A stretch of 64,000 nucleotides of DNA. Source: the human T2T-CHM13v2.0 reference genome, Homo sapiens. The stretch lies in assembly GCF_009914755.1 (NCBI RefSeq), contig NC_060929.1. One strand, written 5' to 3'. Every line of letters starts with the position of its first letter. The first letter of the stretch is position 1. A program made the position numbers and the translations under genes. The notes under the pieces are model-generated. The model searched no databases and was not told where the DNA came from. It saw only the letters and a list, made by a program, of their open reading frames with translations. Positions 52,295-64,000 of the stretch are shown one piece after another.

Positions 52295-54731
52295 CGTACC
52301 CCTCAGGCCATATAACACCTGTTAGAGGCTATGGTGTTGGCGGTATCAGTGGTGGGAAGAGATGCAGTGTGAAATTTCTGGCAAGGCTGTGTGGGTGGAT
52401 CACAGCACGGGCCTTTGGAGTTCTGGAGCAAGGTCATGCCATGTGTAGCAGAGAATTATGTCTCTGGAAAAATGGCTCTTGGCATGATACTGGGCCCTGG
52501 CGGAGATAGAATGCTTGATTATTTGGAACACAATGGCCCTGCACCTGGAACTATCCATTCTGATCTGGGGTCTATCAAAACTGTCAAATCACCAAGTTGG
52601 ACCAGACCAGGAGTGGTCTGTTGTAAGATGGAAATGTTACAGGATTAAGCCTATGTAGGACCAGAGGGCGCAAACTAACTGCATGAGTAGGTTATCCACA
52701 CTTCCATGTCGCTCGCTAAGGTCGCACCAGTACCCATCTCCCAGCTCACACCTATGGCTGCAGGGGGCTGTCACATGATCAGCTGAGGCAGGAGGAAAAA
52801 GCCTGAACCTGGTGTATAGCTAGGTTGACTTGGTAAGAGGAAGTAAGCTGGAAACAGATGGTGCTGCATTACATCCATATTCAGGGCTGACTTGAAACTC
52901 AGTGAAAAGGAATATATTCCCAGGCGTGGAGCTGCAACCTGTGGTCATTCACTTTGAGTGTAAGGAGAAGTAGCCCAATGTAAAATTCATTTATAGATTC
53001 CTGGGTAATGTCTGATGACCTGGTTAGACGGTCAGAGATCCAGAAGGAAAAAACTGGAAGATCAGAAACAAGGCTGTGTGGGGTAGAGGCTTGTGGATGG
53101 ACACATGGGAGTGGGAACAATGTGTGATTTTTCTATCACACTTTAACACCCACCAGAAAGCATTCAACAGAAGAATCATTGAATAATAAAGTAAACAAAA
53201 TGAGTCAGTTAGTTGACATTAGCCAGCCCTCATCATAGCCACCCCAGAACTGGAATCATGGGCTTGTAAATATAGTTGCTGTGGTGGCAGAGATGGAGGC
53301 ATCTGTTCAGGGAACCCATTTCACCACAACAAATTTGTGGGAATGGACCCTTGACCATAGAATCCACTGGTTGTATCATATACTACACCATACAGTGTAC
53401 AGTATTCAGTGCAGGCAGCCTCATAGAACACAGGAATGGCCTACAGACAGCACAGCTGAAAACACAGCATGAGCTCTCACTTGCAAAGGCCAATCTAACT
53501 CTTGCTCCTTCTGAAAGTACAAACAGACAGCAGCCACCAATGTTTAGCCTTCAACATTGTGCCGTTCGCAGAGTAGACCAACTAGCCACTAGTGGCAAAT
53601 TAAACACTTTAGGATCCCTCCATCTTAGAAGGGCTAGTAGCTTTCCTCACAGGGATACCTATTCTGGTTTGGATTTGCCTTACCTGTCTGCATAACTTCA
53701 GCCAGTCCCATGATTCAGGGCTTACAGAATGCCTGACATGCAGGTATGAAAATCCATACAATGCAGCTATCCAAGCAACCCCCTTCATAGCAAAGGATTT
53801 GTGGGAATGGGTTCTTGATCATGTAATCCACGAGTTGTGTCGTTGTATCACATATTGCACTATACATTGACAATCAGTCTCATAGAACACGGGAAAGATC
53901 TGCTGAAAGCAGAACTGAAGCATCAGTTTAGAGCCAACGCTCTGTAACGAAAGGTGCCATTCCTTAAGATGCAGTATATATACTAAATCAGAGACCTCTA
54001 TGTAGTGCTTGTTCCCAACAGGAAGAATACATGTGTCTGGGAATCAAGGGGTGGAAGCAGGAGTGGCTCTACTTGACATTACACTCGATGATCCATTGAT
54101 GAACTTCATATTTTTCATTCCCACAACTCTGAACACTGCAAAGTCAGAGGCCCAGGGGGTGTACTTTTGCCAGGATGCAGAGCAAATATCCCATTGACTA
54201 CAAGCTATGCCTGTTGTTAGGGTCCATTGATCACTTGGTGTCCAAGGTCCAGCAGGAAAAAAAGAGGAATTTCCATCTTGGAAGGGACAGCTGACCCTGA
54301 TCAGCAGTAAAAGGTTGGGCTGTTCTTACACAATGGGGGCTGAGAAAAATGCATGTGACAGTCAGCTGATGTACTTAGGCAGCTCCTGGTATTCTCTTGT
54401 CCAGTTTTCACTGTGAATGGATATATGCAGTGAACCTGGCTTGAGACATCTCAAACCCCTCGATGATGAAGTTTTGGGTCATACCAACCAATAAAGTAGC
54501 AAGATTTGCAAAACAGCTGAAGATAATGAAAATTTAGAATGGATAGTGAAGAAGGGAGAAGATATATATCAGTTGCAGCTTCATGACCAACTGCAGCAGC
54601 AGGGGCTGTCATTATCCTACTAATATCTCTCTTCTAAGATTTTTCTGAAGGAAAGAAGCCCATAGGAACCCTGAAGGAGTTGCTCCTTGAACATACACGG
54701 AAAGGAGATCTATGTGGCACAAAGGGTAGTA

Positions 54732-55207
54732 TGTGACAGCCATGGAGGCAGGCTGTTCAGACTCCTTCAAGAGAGCCAGGTGTGGGAAGCATAGCTGACT
54801 GAGAATTTCTAGCTATTGCCCCTTTGTATCTACCATAGTTTTCATGCCTATGCCATGCTTTCCCTGGCTGCTGCCAGCCAATGACTGATATCATGGAGAG
54901 TACTACAGGCGGTCTCCATTTTGGCCCAATGCCAGACATATCCAGTAGGCAACATTTGTTCAGGAATACCTACCTCTTCAGCCTGATCTAGGCTTTCTTA
55001 GAACTCTGTAGCAATTTGAGACTCAACTTACATAATTATTTCTTTCCTGCCTCCTGTTACAGGTGTCAAACCTACATTGCAGCCTGAAGGATGTCTTCAC
55101 TTCCTCCTGCTCCTTCGCCTTGTATCCTTCATAGATTTTTCCCGCAATAAAACTTTGCATATCTAATATCATCTTGGTGTCTGCTTTTCAGAGAACCCAA
55201 ACTGGCA
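54732..55207 (+). mobile_element. 3' LTR of the ERVL remnant (LTR16B/C-like)
   Basis: Follows purine tract aaagggtag; tgtgacagccatggag...cagccaatgactga...aataaa...catcttggtgtctgcttttcagagaacccaaactggca. Confidence 0.8.
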
Positions 55208-55219
55208 TTGTTACATGGT

Positions 55220-58200
55220 CTTCCATTACATGTGAAGTGATATGATATTAAGTCAAGATATACTAGGTTAAGGATACACATTGTATTTCTCACAGCAACC
55301 ATAACAATATAAAATAAGGATATATAGCTTAAAAGCCTGTAGGTGAGGTAAAATAAAATGACGTTTTAAAACTAAAATACGTTTTAAAATTCTTTTTTAA
55401 ATTTTTTTAGAAAACAAAGGAGTCAAGAAAGAAGTGATAAGTAGAAAGAAACAACAAATTGGTCAAAGTAAGCCTAACCATATCAATAAAATATAAATGA
55501 ATTAAACGGTTCAGTTAAAAGTCAGAGATTGTTTGATTGAATAAAAAGAAAGATTCACTTGTATGTTGTTTATGAGAGATATACTTTAAATACAAAGCCA
55601 CAAAGAGTTGAAAAAGAAGAATGGAAAAACTATACCATACAAACACTAATTATAAGAACTTTGATTTGACTTTTTAATATCAGACCAAATAAACATGAAG
55701 TCCAAAAGCAATACAGGAATAACACTAAAAATCAATACAACTAAATTAAAAACTAAACAAGTCCACAATTATGAGCATAGATTTTAACAGTCCTCTCTCA
55801 TTAATTGAAAGAATATGCAGATTGAAAATCAGCAGCAATATAGAACTGGGGTCTTAAAACTAAACTCATCTAAAAACTATAGCCAAATCTGGGTACCTTA
55901 TTTATTTAGGTATTGTTTATAGCTGGTTTTGTATTATAGGAACAGAAATGAATAGTTGCTATTGAGAGTGTGTGGCCTGCAAAGCTGAAAATATTGACTG
56001 TCTAGCTCTTTACAGAAAGTTTGCTGACTTCTCACATAATAGAGGTAACTCAGCCAACAAATGTAATCTAATTCATATTTATAAATCACTTCCCCTACAA
56101 TTACAGAGTTTGTATTCTTTTCACGCATCCATGGAACAATGTGTTTAGCAACATAAAACAAATCTCAATGCATTTCAAGTGATTGTATATATGTTCTCTC
56201 ATCACAATAATTAAATTAGAAATCGGTAACAAAAAATATATCTATGAAAATCCTCAACTATTTGAAAATTTAGCAACACACTTTGTAAATAACCTAAGGG
56301 TCAAAGAGGAAATCATAAGAAAAATTTTAAAATATTTTGAACTGCATGGAAATGAGAGAACAACATGTCAAAATTAGTGGGATGCAACTATAGAAATCCT
56401 CAGGGAAAAAGTTGTAGCATTAAATGCTTACAATAGAAAACAAGTGAGATATAAAATCAATGATCTAAACTTTCACCAAAAAAGCTAGGAAAAGAGCAAA
56501 TTATACCAAAATACATAGAATATAAAAATATAAATATAACAGTTCAAGTCAATAAAACAATAAGCATACAAACAATTGGCAAAATCCACAAAGCCAAGAG
56601 TTGTTTCATTGAAAAAGATTAACAAAATTGATGAGCTTAGAGCAAGATGGATCAAGAAAAAAAAGAGAGAATAATTCAACAATATTAAGAATGAGAGAGG
56701 ACATTACTACAGCTCCTATAGGCATTGAAAAAATAATAAGAAAATTTTATGAACAAATTTTAATGCCAAAAATTTGGTAATTTAAATGAAATAGACAAAT
56801 TTATTGAAAGATAAAACTAACACAAGAAAAAATATAAAATCTGAATAGCTATACATATCTGTTACAGAATTTAAATTCATAATTTAAAAAATACACACAC
56901 ACACACACAAACACACACACATACAGAAACCAGACTGCATGGCTTCACTAGTGAGCTCTATTCAACCTTTATGCAAGAAATAGTATCAATCTTATATATA
57001 CTGTCAGAATGGAGAGGAGAAGGAGATGTTTCCCAACTAATTGTATAAGGTCAGCATAAGTATGATACTAAAAGCTGGCAATGACACTAAAGAAAAGAAA
57101 ATTACAGACTAATATTCCTCATAAACCTAGATGCAAAAATTCTTACCAATATTGCAATTAGAATCAAGCAATTGAGGATAATATATAAAGACCAAGTGGG
57201 GCATTGTTCCAGGAAGTCAAAGTTGGTTTAATATTAGTAAAATCAATAAAAGTAAGTTTGTATATTAACAGAATCAAGGAGAAAACATACGATTGGCTCA
57301 ATAGATGCAGAAAAAGCATTTGACCACAGTCCAACATTAATTCATGATGAAAATAAAAGCTCTTAACAAATTAGGCATAAAAGGAAACTTCCTCAATCTG
57401 ATAAAGGCAATCTACAAAATAACAACAGCTAACATGATATATTAAAACTAAAATATTGAATGTTTCCCCTCTAAGATTAGTAACAAGTCAAGATTATCTG
57501 TTCAAATATACCACTTACATTCAACATTGTATTGGAGATCTTAGCCAGGGAAAAAAGCAACCATTAAAAAACTAAGAGACAAAAGAATTGGAAAGAAGAA
57601 GTAGAACTGTCAGAGGTTGCAGACATAAATAATCTGATTTCAAAGGAATCTACCAAAACTATTCAAACTAATAAGTGAATTTAGCAAGGTCACAGGATAC
57701 AAAGCCAATATATAAAAATAGATTGTATTTCTATATATTAGGAATAAAAACTAGAGCATTAAATATAAAAGTTTATATTTATAACAGCATTATAAAGCAT
57801 AAAATGCTGAGGAATAAATTTATTAGAAGATGTGCAAGACCTCTGTACTGAAAACTATCAGCTATAAAACATCACTGAAACATATGAAGAAGACATAAAG
57901 AATTGGAGAGATGCATCATATTCATGGATGAGAATACTTAATATTGTTCAACTATCATTTCTCCCCAATTTAATCTAGAGATTTGATGTAGTATTAAAAT
58001 CCCAGTAGGTTTTTTTTGTAGAAATTATCAAGTTGACACTAAAATTTAGGTCGTAATAAAAAGTAAATAGAATAGTAAAAACAATCATTAAAAAATTACA
58101 AAGTTGGAGCATTTACACACACTACTTTCATGAGTAAATACAAAGCTATAGTAATTAAGACGGTATTGACAAAAGGGCAGGCAGATAGTTCAATGGAACA

Positions 58201-59470
58201 GAATAAAGTCCAGACATACATCTATACATATGTGGTCAGTTGATCTTCTCTAAAGACATCATGGTGATTCCGTAAGGAAAGAGAAGCCTTTTCTACAAAT
58301 GATGCTGGAACAATTGGGTAACTGTATAGCAAAAATATACCTCAACTGCTACCTCAGACCATGCACAAAAATTAATTTTGAGTTGGATTGTAGATTTAAA
58401 TGTAAAGGCTAATCTTATATGGCCTCTTCAGAAAAACATAGGAGAATATATTTGTGAGCTTGGGATAAGCGAAGATTTTTTAAACAGGACACAACAAGCA
58501 CTAACCATTTAAAAAAAGAATTTATAAACTGGACTTCATCAACATCAAAAACTTGTGCTCTGACTTTCTTCCAATTCTGAGGCTTACTTATTTATTTTCT
58601 GTTGAAGTATTTGCAACGAGAATATTAAAGAAGTCTCTAATATAAATAATAAACAACCAAACAACCCAACACAAAAATTGGCCAGAGTTGAACAGACGCT
58701 TCACAGAAGAAGATATCCAAATTATCTGCATGCCATAACGATATGTTTGATATTACTGGTTATCAGAGAAATATCAATTAAAACCACAGTGAGATTCTGC
58801 TTCACATCCACTAGAATGAAATTAAAAAGGTTAACAACACCAAATATTAGTTAGAATATATATTGCTGGTACGATCCCTTTATAAAATTGTTTGGCTCTT
58901 TTTCATCATGTTAAATAGGCACCTATCCTACAACCCAGCAATTCTCTTCCTAGATACCCAGAGAAACAAACACATATGAATCCGTATGCAAAAGCACTTG
59001 TACTTGTACAAGAATATTCATAACTGCTTTAATCATGATCAGCGAAATCTGGAAACAACTGTCTATTAACATGAGACTAGATAAACAAGTTGGGATACAT
59101 TTATTCATAAATTTAATCTGCTTAGCATTAAAAAGAAATGAATCACTGAAACCTGCAACAAAATGGATGAATCTGAACTATATTAAGTTGAACAAAAGAA
59201 GTCATATGTGAAAGGTACTTACTGTAAGATTTCATCTATATGAAGTCCAAGATAACCTAAGGTGATAAAAGTCCACATGGCAGTTGCCTCTAGGATGGAG
59301 CGAGAAGATTGCTTGGGAAGGGATACTAGAAAATATTTTGAGGTGATGGAAATGTTCTATATCTTGATTTGGGTTTGGATTAGATGGGTATATACATTTG
59401 CCAAAACTCATCACCTGCTGAAGTTTTGTCCATTTCATTACATGTAAAATATAGCTTAATTTTTTTAAAA
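55220..59470 (+). mobile_element. Old L1M(C/E) ORF2 through 3' end, about 4.2 kb, degenerate
   Basis: tcaatagatgcagaaaaagcatttgac, aggaaacttcctcaatctgataaagg, gaatttagcaaggtcacaggatacaa, 3'UTR tggatgaatct...gaggtgatggaaatgttctatatcttgatt. Confidence 0.9.
55960..56032 (+). mobile_element. MER58-like hAT fragment
   Basis: tggcctgcaaagctgaaaatatt.actgtctagctctttacagaaagtttgctgac. Confidence 0.7.
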
Positions 59471-59479
59471 AGAAAACAA

Positions 59480-59590
59480 GAAAATATTGAGGGCTTGCTG
59501 TATGTCAGGCATTGTTCCAGGCGCTGGGAATGTAGCCTTACACAAACAAAAATATCCCTGCCCTTGGGAAGGTTAATTCTAGATTATAAA
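59480..59590 (-). mobile_element. L2 3' end
   Basis: tattgagggcttgctgtatgtcaggcattgttccaggcgctggga. Confidence 0.75.
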
Positions 59591-60584
59591 TCAGATGTAG
59601 AAATTAAATTCCAATATGCTAAATTGAATCTCTACCATCACAGGTTCCCCCGATGGTCAAAAGTGGCTCAGGATGTCCTACCTCCTTCCCACTCCCCATT
59701 AGCCATCTTGCCATCCTGGTGGAAGGTGCTCTCAGGATGTGAAGACAGGCCAGCCCACCGTGTTTGGAAGTGGTGTTTTGGCATTTGGGATTCCCCATAG
59801 GCCAAGACATGCTAACTGAACTGAAAATGAACCCTGAAAGAAAACTCCTCTGGGCCATATTTCATTTCTATGTAAAACAGGATTCATTCCATGACATGAC
59901 AGGAATGGGATTCAGTGGGACTGGCTTGGTTTGGGCAGGTGCTTCAGGGGAGGCAGCGGCAAGGCATCCTCAGAACCTAGGATTTTGTCAATCTGCAGAG
60001 GCTGGTTTTCACACTGACCTATTAAGGGTGGGCTTTACAAAGCACATTTGGCAGATTTCAAGAGGGTAGAGGAAGAAATAGATCTCTTGCTGAGACAGAA
60101 GTTTAAATCCAAACAGCCTCCCGGGCAGCTCCAGGCATCCTGGGAGCTGTCAGCCTTTTGTGGAGTGGCCAGGCCCCCTTGTTTTCTCTAGAGTAGCTAG
60201 GTCCAAACTTGATATTAGATCTGAGAAGGGAAGAGGTTGTTGTGGAGACATCTCTTTCTCTGCCCTAGTCTGCCTCAGAAAGCTACTCACTCATATACTA
60301 TGGGCAGGTTCCAAGGTGCAGACAGTATGAATGTGCTGGGCTGCAGGGCACTGAGATGGGCAAGAGTGGAGCCTGCTGGTATGAATGAACAAGAGGACTT
60401 TCAAGTTCTTTCTGGACCTCTTAGAGTTGATGTTGTGGGATGCCTTCTTTTTCTACTGAGAATTTGACAAATATTTTTATTAGTACTAATATTTATACAT
60501 ATAGTGGTTTGTATTTTATAAAACACGTTTCGTACAATAATCACAGCTAGATTTGTTGTTTGTGTGTGTGTGTGTGTGTGTGGC

Positions 60585-61000
60585 TGCCTATCTTAGATGC
60601 CCCCAGAAGCAGACCCTGAGATAAGAATTCAAATGCAAGTACTTTACTTGGGAGATGGAGGAAAAAATGGTAGGGGAGTAGGGAAGAGAGACAGAGAGGA
60701 AAAGGCAGCCAATTAAAAGTGCATTATGAGGTTTGTTGCCATTAGGGAAACATGAGACTCTCACCTGAGTTATCCTATTCCAGAGGGAAGGTTACAGGGA
60801 TATTTCCACACCAGTTACCATCAGACATTGGCTAAGGGCCGTTCCTTGGGGGACATTCATTCCTTGGAGTGTTTGGCCCACCTCTCAGGCAGCAAAGCTG
60901 GTCTGGTGGCAAGAAAAAACCCTCAGAGAAGAAATGCTCGTGCCCACAGCTGGTGCTCACTGAAGTGTAAGGCAGGAAGTGGCACCACTATACATCCCTG
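60585..61000 (-). mobile_element. LTR16C-like solo LTR, preceded by (TG)n
   Basis: ccccagaagcagaccctgagataagaattcaaatgcaagt...gcagccaat...catcagacattggctaaggg. Confidence 0.75.
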
Positions 61001-62099
61001 TGCTCAATACTCTGTGCATTTTGGACTTAATAATCACAACAACTCTGTAACCCTGGGATCAACACCTCCATTTTAAAGAGCGGCAACTGACACTTAGAGA
61101 GAGAGGTTCAGTGGCTGCATCAAAGTTGAACTGCTCAGGGAGAGATGGGGCTTCTAACTCCAGAATTCACTCTTACCAACTATGCCATGCTGTTTTGCTT
61201 CTTAATTCCTCTAAATACACCAGAAACAAAGGTATTTTCTTATTTTGTTTTATCAATAAGGAAATGGGGGCTCACAGGCATCAACTGCCTTGCCCAAAGT
61301 CTTCCAGCTGCCTCTAAGTAGAGGGGTGCCTGCTCTCTGAAGCCCATGCACACCCTGTTGATGCACGGCCTGGTTAGGCCGCTTTACATTCCCTGTTTGC
61401 TGCCTCATGACAGACTCTGGCTTTTCTTTTGTTCTAGCCTCTGGAAGGTTGTATTTATAACTTCCTTGAAATGGGCTTCTTGAAAAATCCATTGTCCCAC
61501 ACAGCGATGTTAAGAGCTCATTGCCCAGGCAGTCCCTCTTATCAGCCTCTTCTTAGGGAGAATTTAGTTGATTTACTTGCTTTCAACTTCTAAGCCTTCA
61601 TTTGTTTCCTTCCTCAATCGAACAAATTAGACCTCTAGTGTCTGAAGACAAGCCTATCAGAGAGGATATTTAACGCAATTAGTAGAAAAATTAAAGTGAA
61701 GTCCAAGATCAAGTGTTTAGAATGGTCAGATTTGACCGCAATAAGCCAGCCCTATTATTGGCTTGAATTTACTTCTCTTTGAGCCCAGAGAAAAATACTT
61801 CCTTGAGTTTCCAAAACCACCAGGTTTGGTCCTGAGCCACAGCTGCTTAGGGCAGACAGGATAATCTTGTTCTGCATACAGCTCAACCTATGGGGGTAAG
61901 AATTCTGACAGGGCCAAAGGAGATCAGGAGATACCGCTGGTATAGAACTTACTCCCAAAAAAAATGGCCCAAGGAAGGCCTCACCCATGGCTTGAACTCT
62001 TCCTCAGAGCCAATGGGGAACTAATTCAGCTCTCCAAGTTTCTGTCCCATTGGAGTTTGGCCACTGGTCTGACATCCAGATGTCTGGCTTCTCACTTCT

Positions 62100-64000
62100 G
62101 TGGGCAGATACATCAAACATCCGGTTCCCAATTAAGATAACCCTTTAAGAGAGCTTATTGGGAGGAGGGCCACTGGCAGATAATTTCCAGCAGCTGCAGA
62201 TTTGGATCTCCAGTGGAGTCCACATTGAGGCATTGTGTGTGTGGCCCTGGCCATGACACAATGTGTGTGTGGCCCAGCCAAGACTGGACACAGCCCAGAT
62301 ACCAGCCCCATGCCATTCCTGTTTGACATAGGGCTCCTGTGATGGCCAGCTTTGCTCTGGGCTCATTTGCCTTGCTGAGCCCTTCTCAGATCTGCCCTGC
62401 CGTCTGGGGCTTACCTACCCATCCTCCTTTCTTAGCTGCTTCCTTTGGCTTGTATCATGTTCTAAGGCCATTCCCACCTACTCCTGCCCTTTCTTCCCTT
62501 CACAAATGTTTCCCTAGTGAATTTCCAGCACTTCTAGTTCCACCTGATGTTGCTCTTAAAGGACTCAAAATGATAGTAGCTGGTACACAGAATGGGGTTT
62601 GGGGGTCCAGCTCACTCACCACACAGCTGGCAAAAGAATGTCATCCTGAGAGAAATATGGGGTGCAGATAGTCCCTGGAATAAAGTGGTGTGGCTCAATT
62701 GCTGAGGATGTCATTGGTAGTGACCAGAAAAATATGTCCCAATAGAGGAGAATGCCTTTGCCAGTACAGTGATTCAGGCATTTTAGATATCTAGGGAGAG
62801 CAATAGCTACAAGGACAGTTATTACTATATCGTATTGACACCCCGTGGAGGGATAATGAGAAACAGAGGGCAGTTAATGAACAGTTCAGAACTAAGTGTG
62901 AGAGCCAGAGGCCTCTTATCTACTGCAGTAGGAGGATGATCAAAGTTGAAGAGAGGATACAGGATTCAGTTTTCCAGAACTCCAGAGATGTTTAACTGCT
63001 CAGTTAAGACAGGACTATTATGCTAAAGTCAGAGGCCTGGTTGGGAAAAGCTGGGACCCTGGAACCTAGGATAGGAACCTCATGGTGGATGCCCTCAAGA
63101 ATTTTAGTCATGTAGACTCCCCTGTACCTTCGGAACTTGCTAAGGCAATCCACCCATCTCTATTAAGAGCTGGTACTTCCCCTAGTGGGAAGATGCTGAA
63201 GAAGCCCTTCCCTCTGAGGCAACAAGTGCCCCTCAATAGCTGCCCACACCTCCTCTCCTGGCTAACAGGCTGATAACTAGAGTTAAATCCCAGCATAGTG
63301 TGACTGAGACATGATGGGCTTGATAAATCAGGGAAGAGATTATACCCAGAAAGAGCTGAAAAATTAGGTAGTATGTATCAGCACAGGAAAGGGAATACCC
63401 TTGGAATTGGATTTCCAGGGTGCTTGATCCAGGGGGAGCAGAACGTAAAACTGCATTAACAGGAATTCATGGACTTGGTGCACTTTCTTAGGACACAGGC
63501 AAGAACCCCCCAGTATGGGGCCAATGCCTGGCTAAGGTGGCTCTTAGCAACCTAAAGAAAGCAATGGCTAACATCGAGCAAAGTTGACTTTCCTGAGTTG
63601 CCCCAGCAGAGGCTGGTGGAGGAAGGAATAAAAAGACTTGAGGAGGAAAGAATGTTGGAATCAATATTTTATGTGAGGTCAGAAACCCACTTGAAGACTG
63701 TATTGCATAGGAAAGCCCAGAAGACACAGCATTCACTAGGGCCATCAGGAACATGCTGGTGAAGCCCATGGTGGCAGGGAGAGCTGGGCTCATGGATAGG
63801 AATGGGAGCAATGGAGCCCTGAAGTCATAGAGGCCAGGTGGCAGCATTAACCACTGGATGCCAGGGGCTGCCATTACTACAATGACCGGCAATGTCAGGG
63901 GCAGCCAAATGTGTTTGAACACAGGAAATTGTGGAGATGGTCAATGTAATATGGCCAAATAGGTGGGAAGCCAAGAGTGCTGCTTAATGCCATTAGAAGA
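62100..64000 (+). mobile_element. ERVL/HERV16-type 5' LTR (to about 62575) and gag remnant running off the window end
   Basis: LTR end followed by gctggtac; ERVL gag phrases gattatacccagaaagagct, tggaattggattt...gtgcttgatccaggggg and gaattcatggacttgg; 63720-64000 is homologous to 49925-50230. Confidence 0.75.

Noticed and set aside
60125-60150. Imperfect hairpin cagctccagg-cat-cctgggagctg
   Set aside because: Short and bulged; within chance expectation.

Overview
This is primate genomic DNA, most likely human or great ape (AluY/AluS/AluJ, L1PA, MLT2A, LTR8, MER50). It looks intergenic or deep-intronic and is dominated by interspersed repeats. I see no intact protein-coding gene, tRNA, rRNA or CRISPR array. 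The six-frame ORFs are chance ORFs or decayed L1 ORF1/ORF2, ERVL gag/pol and Alu translations. Main contents: old L1M fragments; a 5'-truncated L1PA with a perfect 15-bp TSD; a nested LTR cluster at 11.1-14.4 kb; three HERV16/ERVL-type proviral remnants plus a solo LTR16; seven Alus; MER2, MER8 and MER58 DNA transposons; MIR, L2 and L3 fossils; and several microsatellites. I found no evidence for a new multi-gene biological system. The most notable signals are smaller: (1) a 3'UTR-only processed retrocopy with polyA tail, AATAAA and TSD, which I recognise from memory as SGK1; (2) an Alu with an inverted 5' end (twin-priming structure); (3) a repair scar in a HERV16 remnant made of a locally templated insertion plus a fold-back palindrome; (4) a pure (CTG)19 tract; (5) a TSD-like duplication with almost no insert; (6) a candidate enhancer-like block at about 21.8-22.7 kb. 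Repeat subfamily names come from recalled consensus sequences, and boundaries without a TSD are approximate. Both need RepeatMasker/Dfam confirmation.
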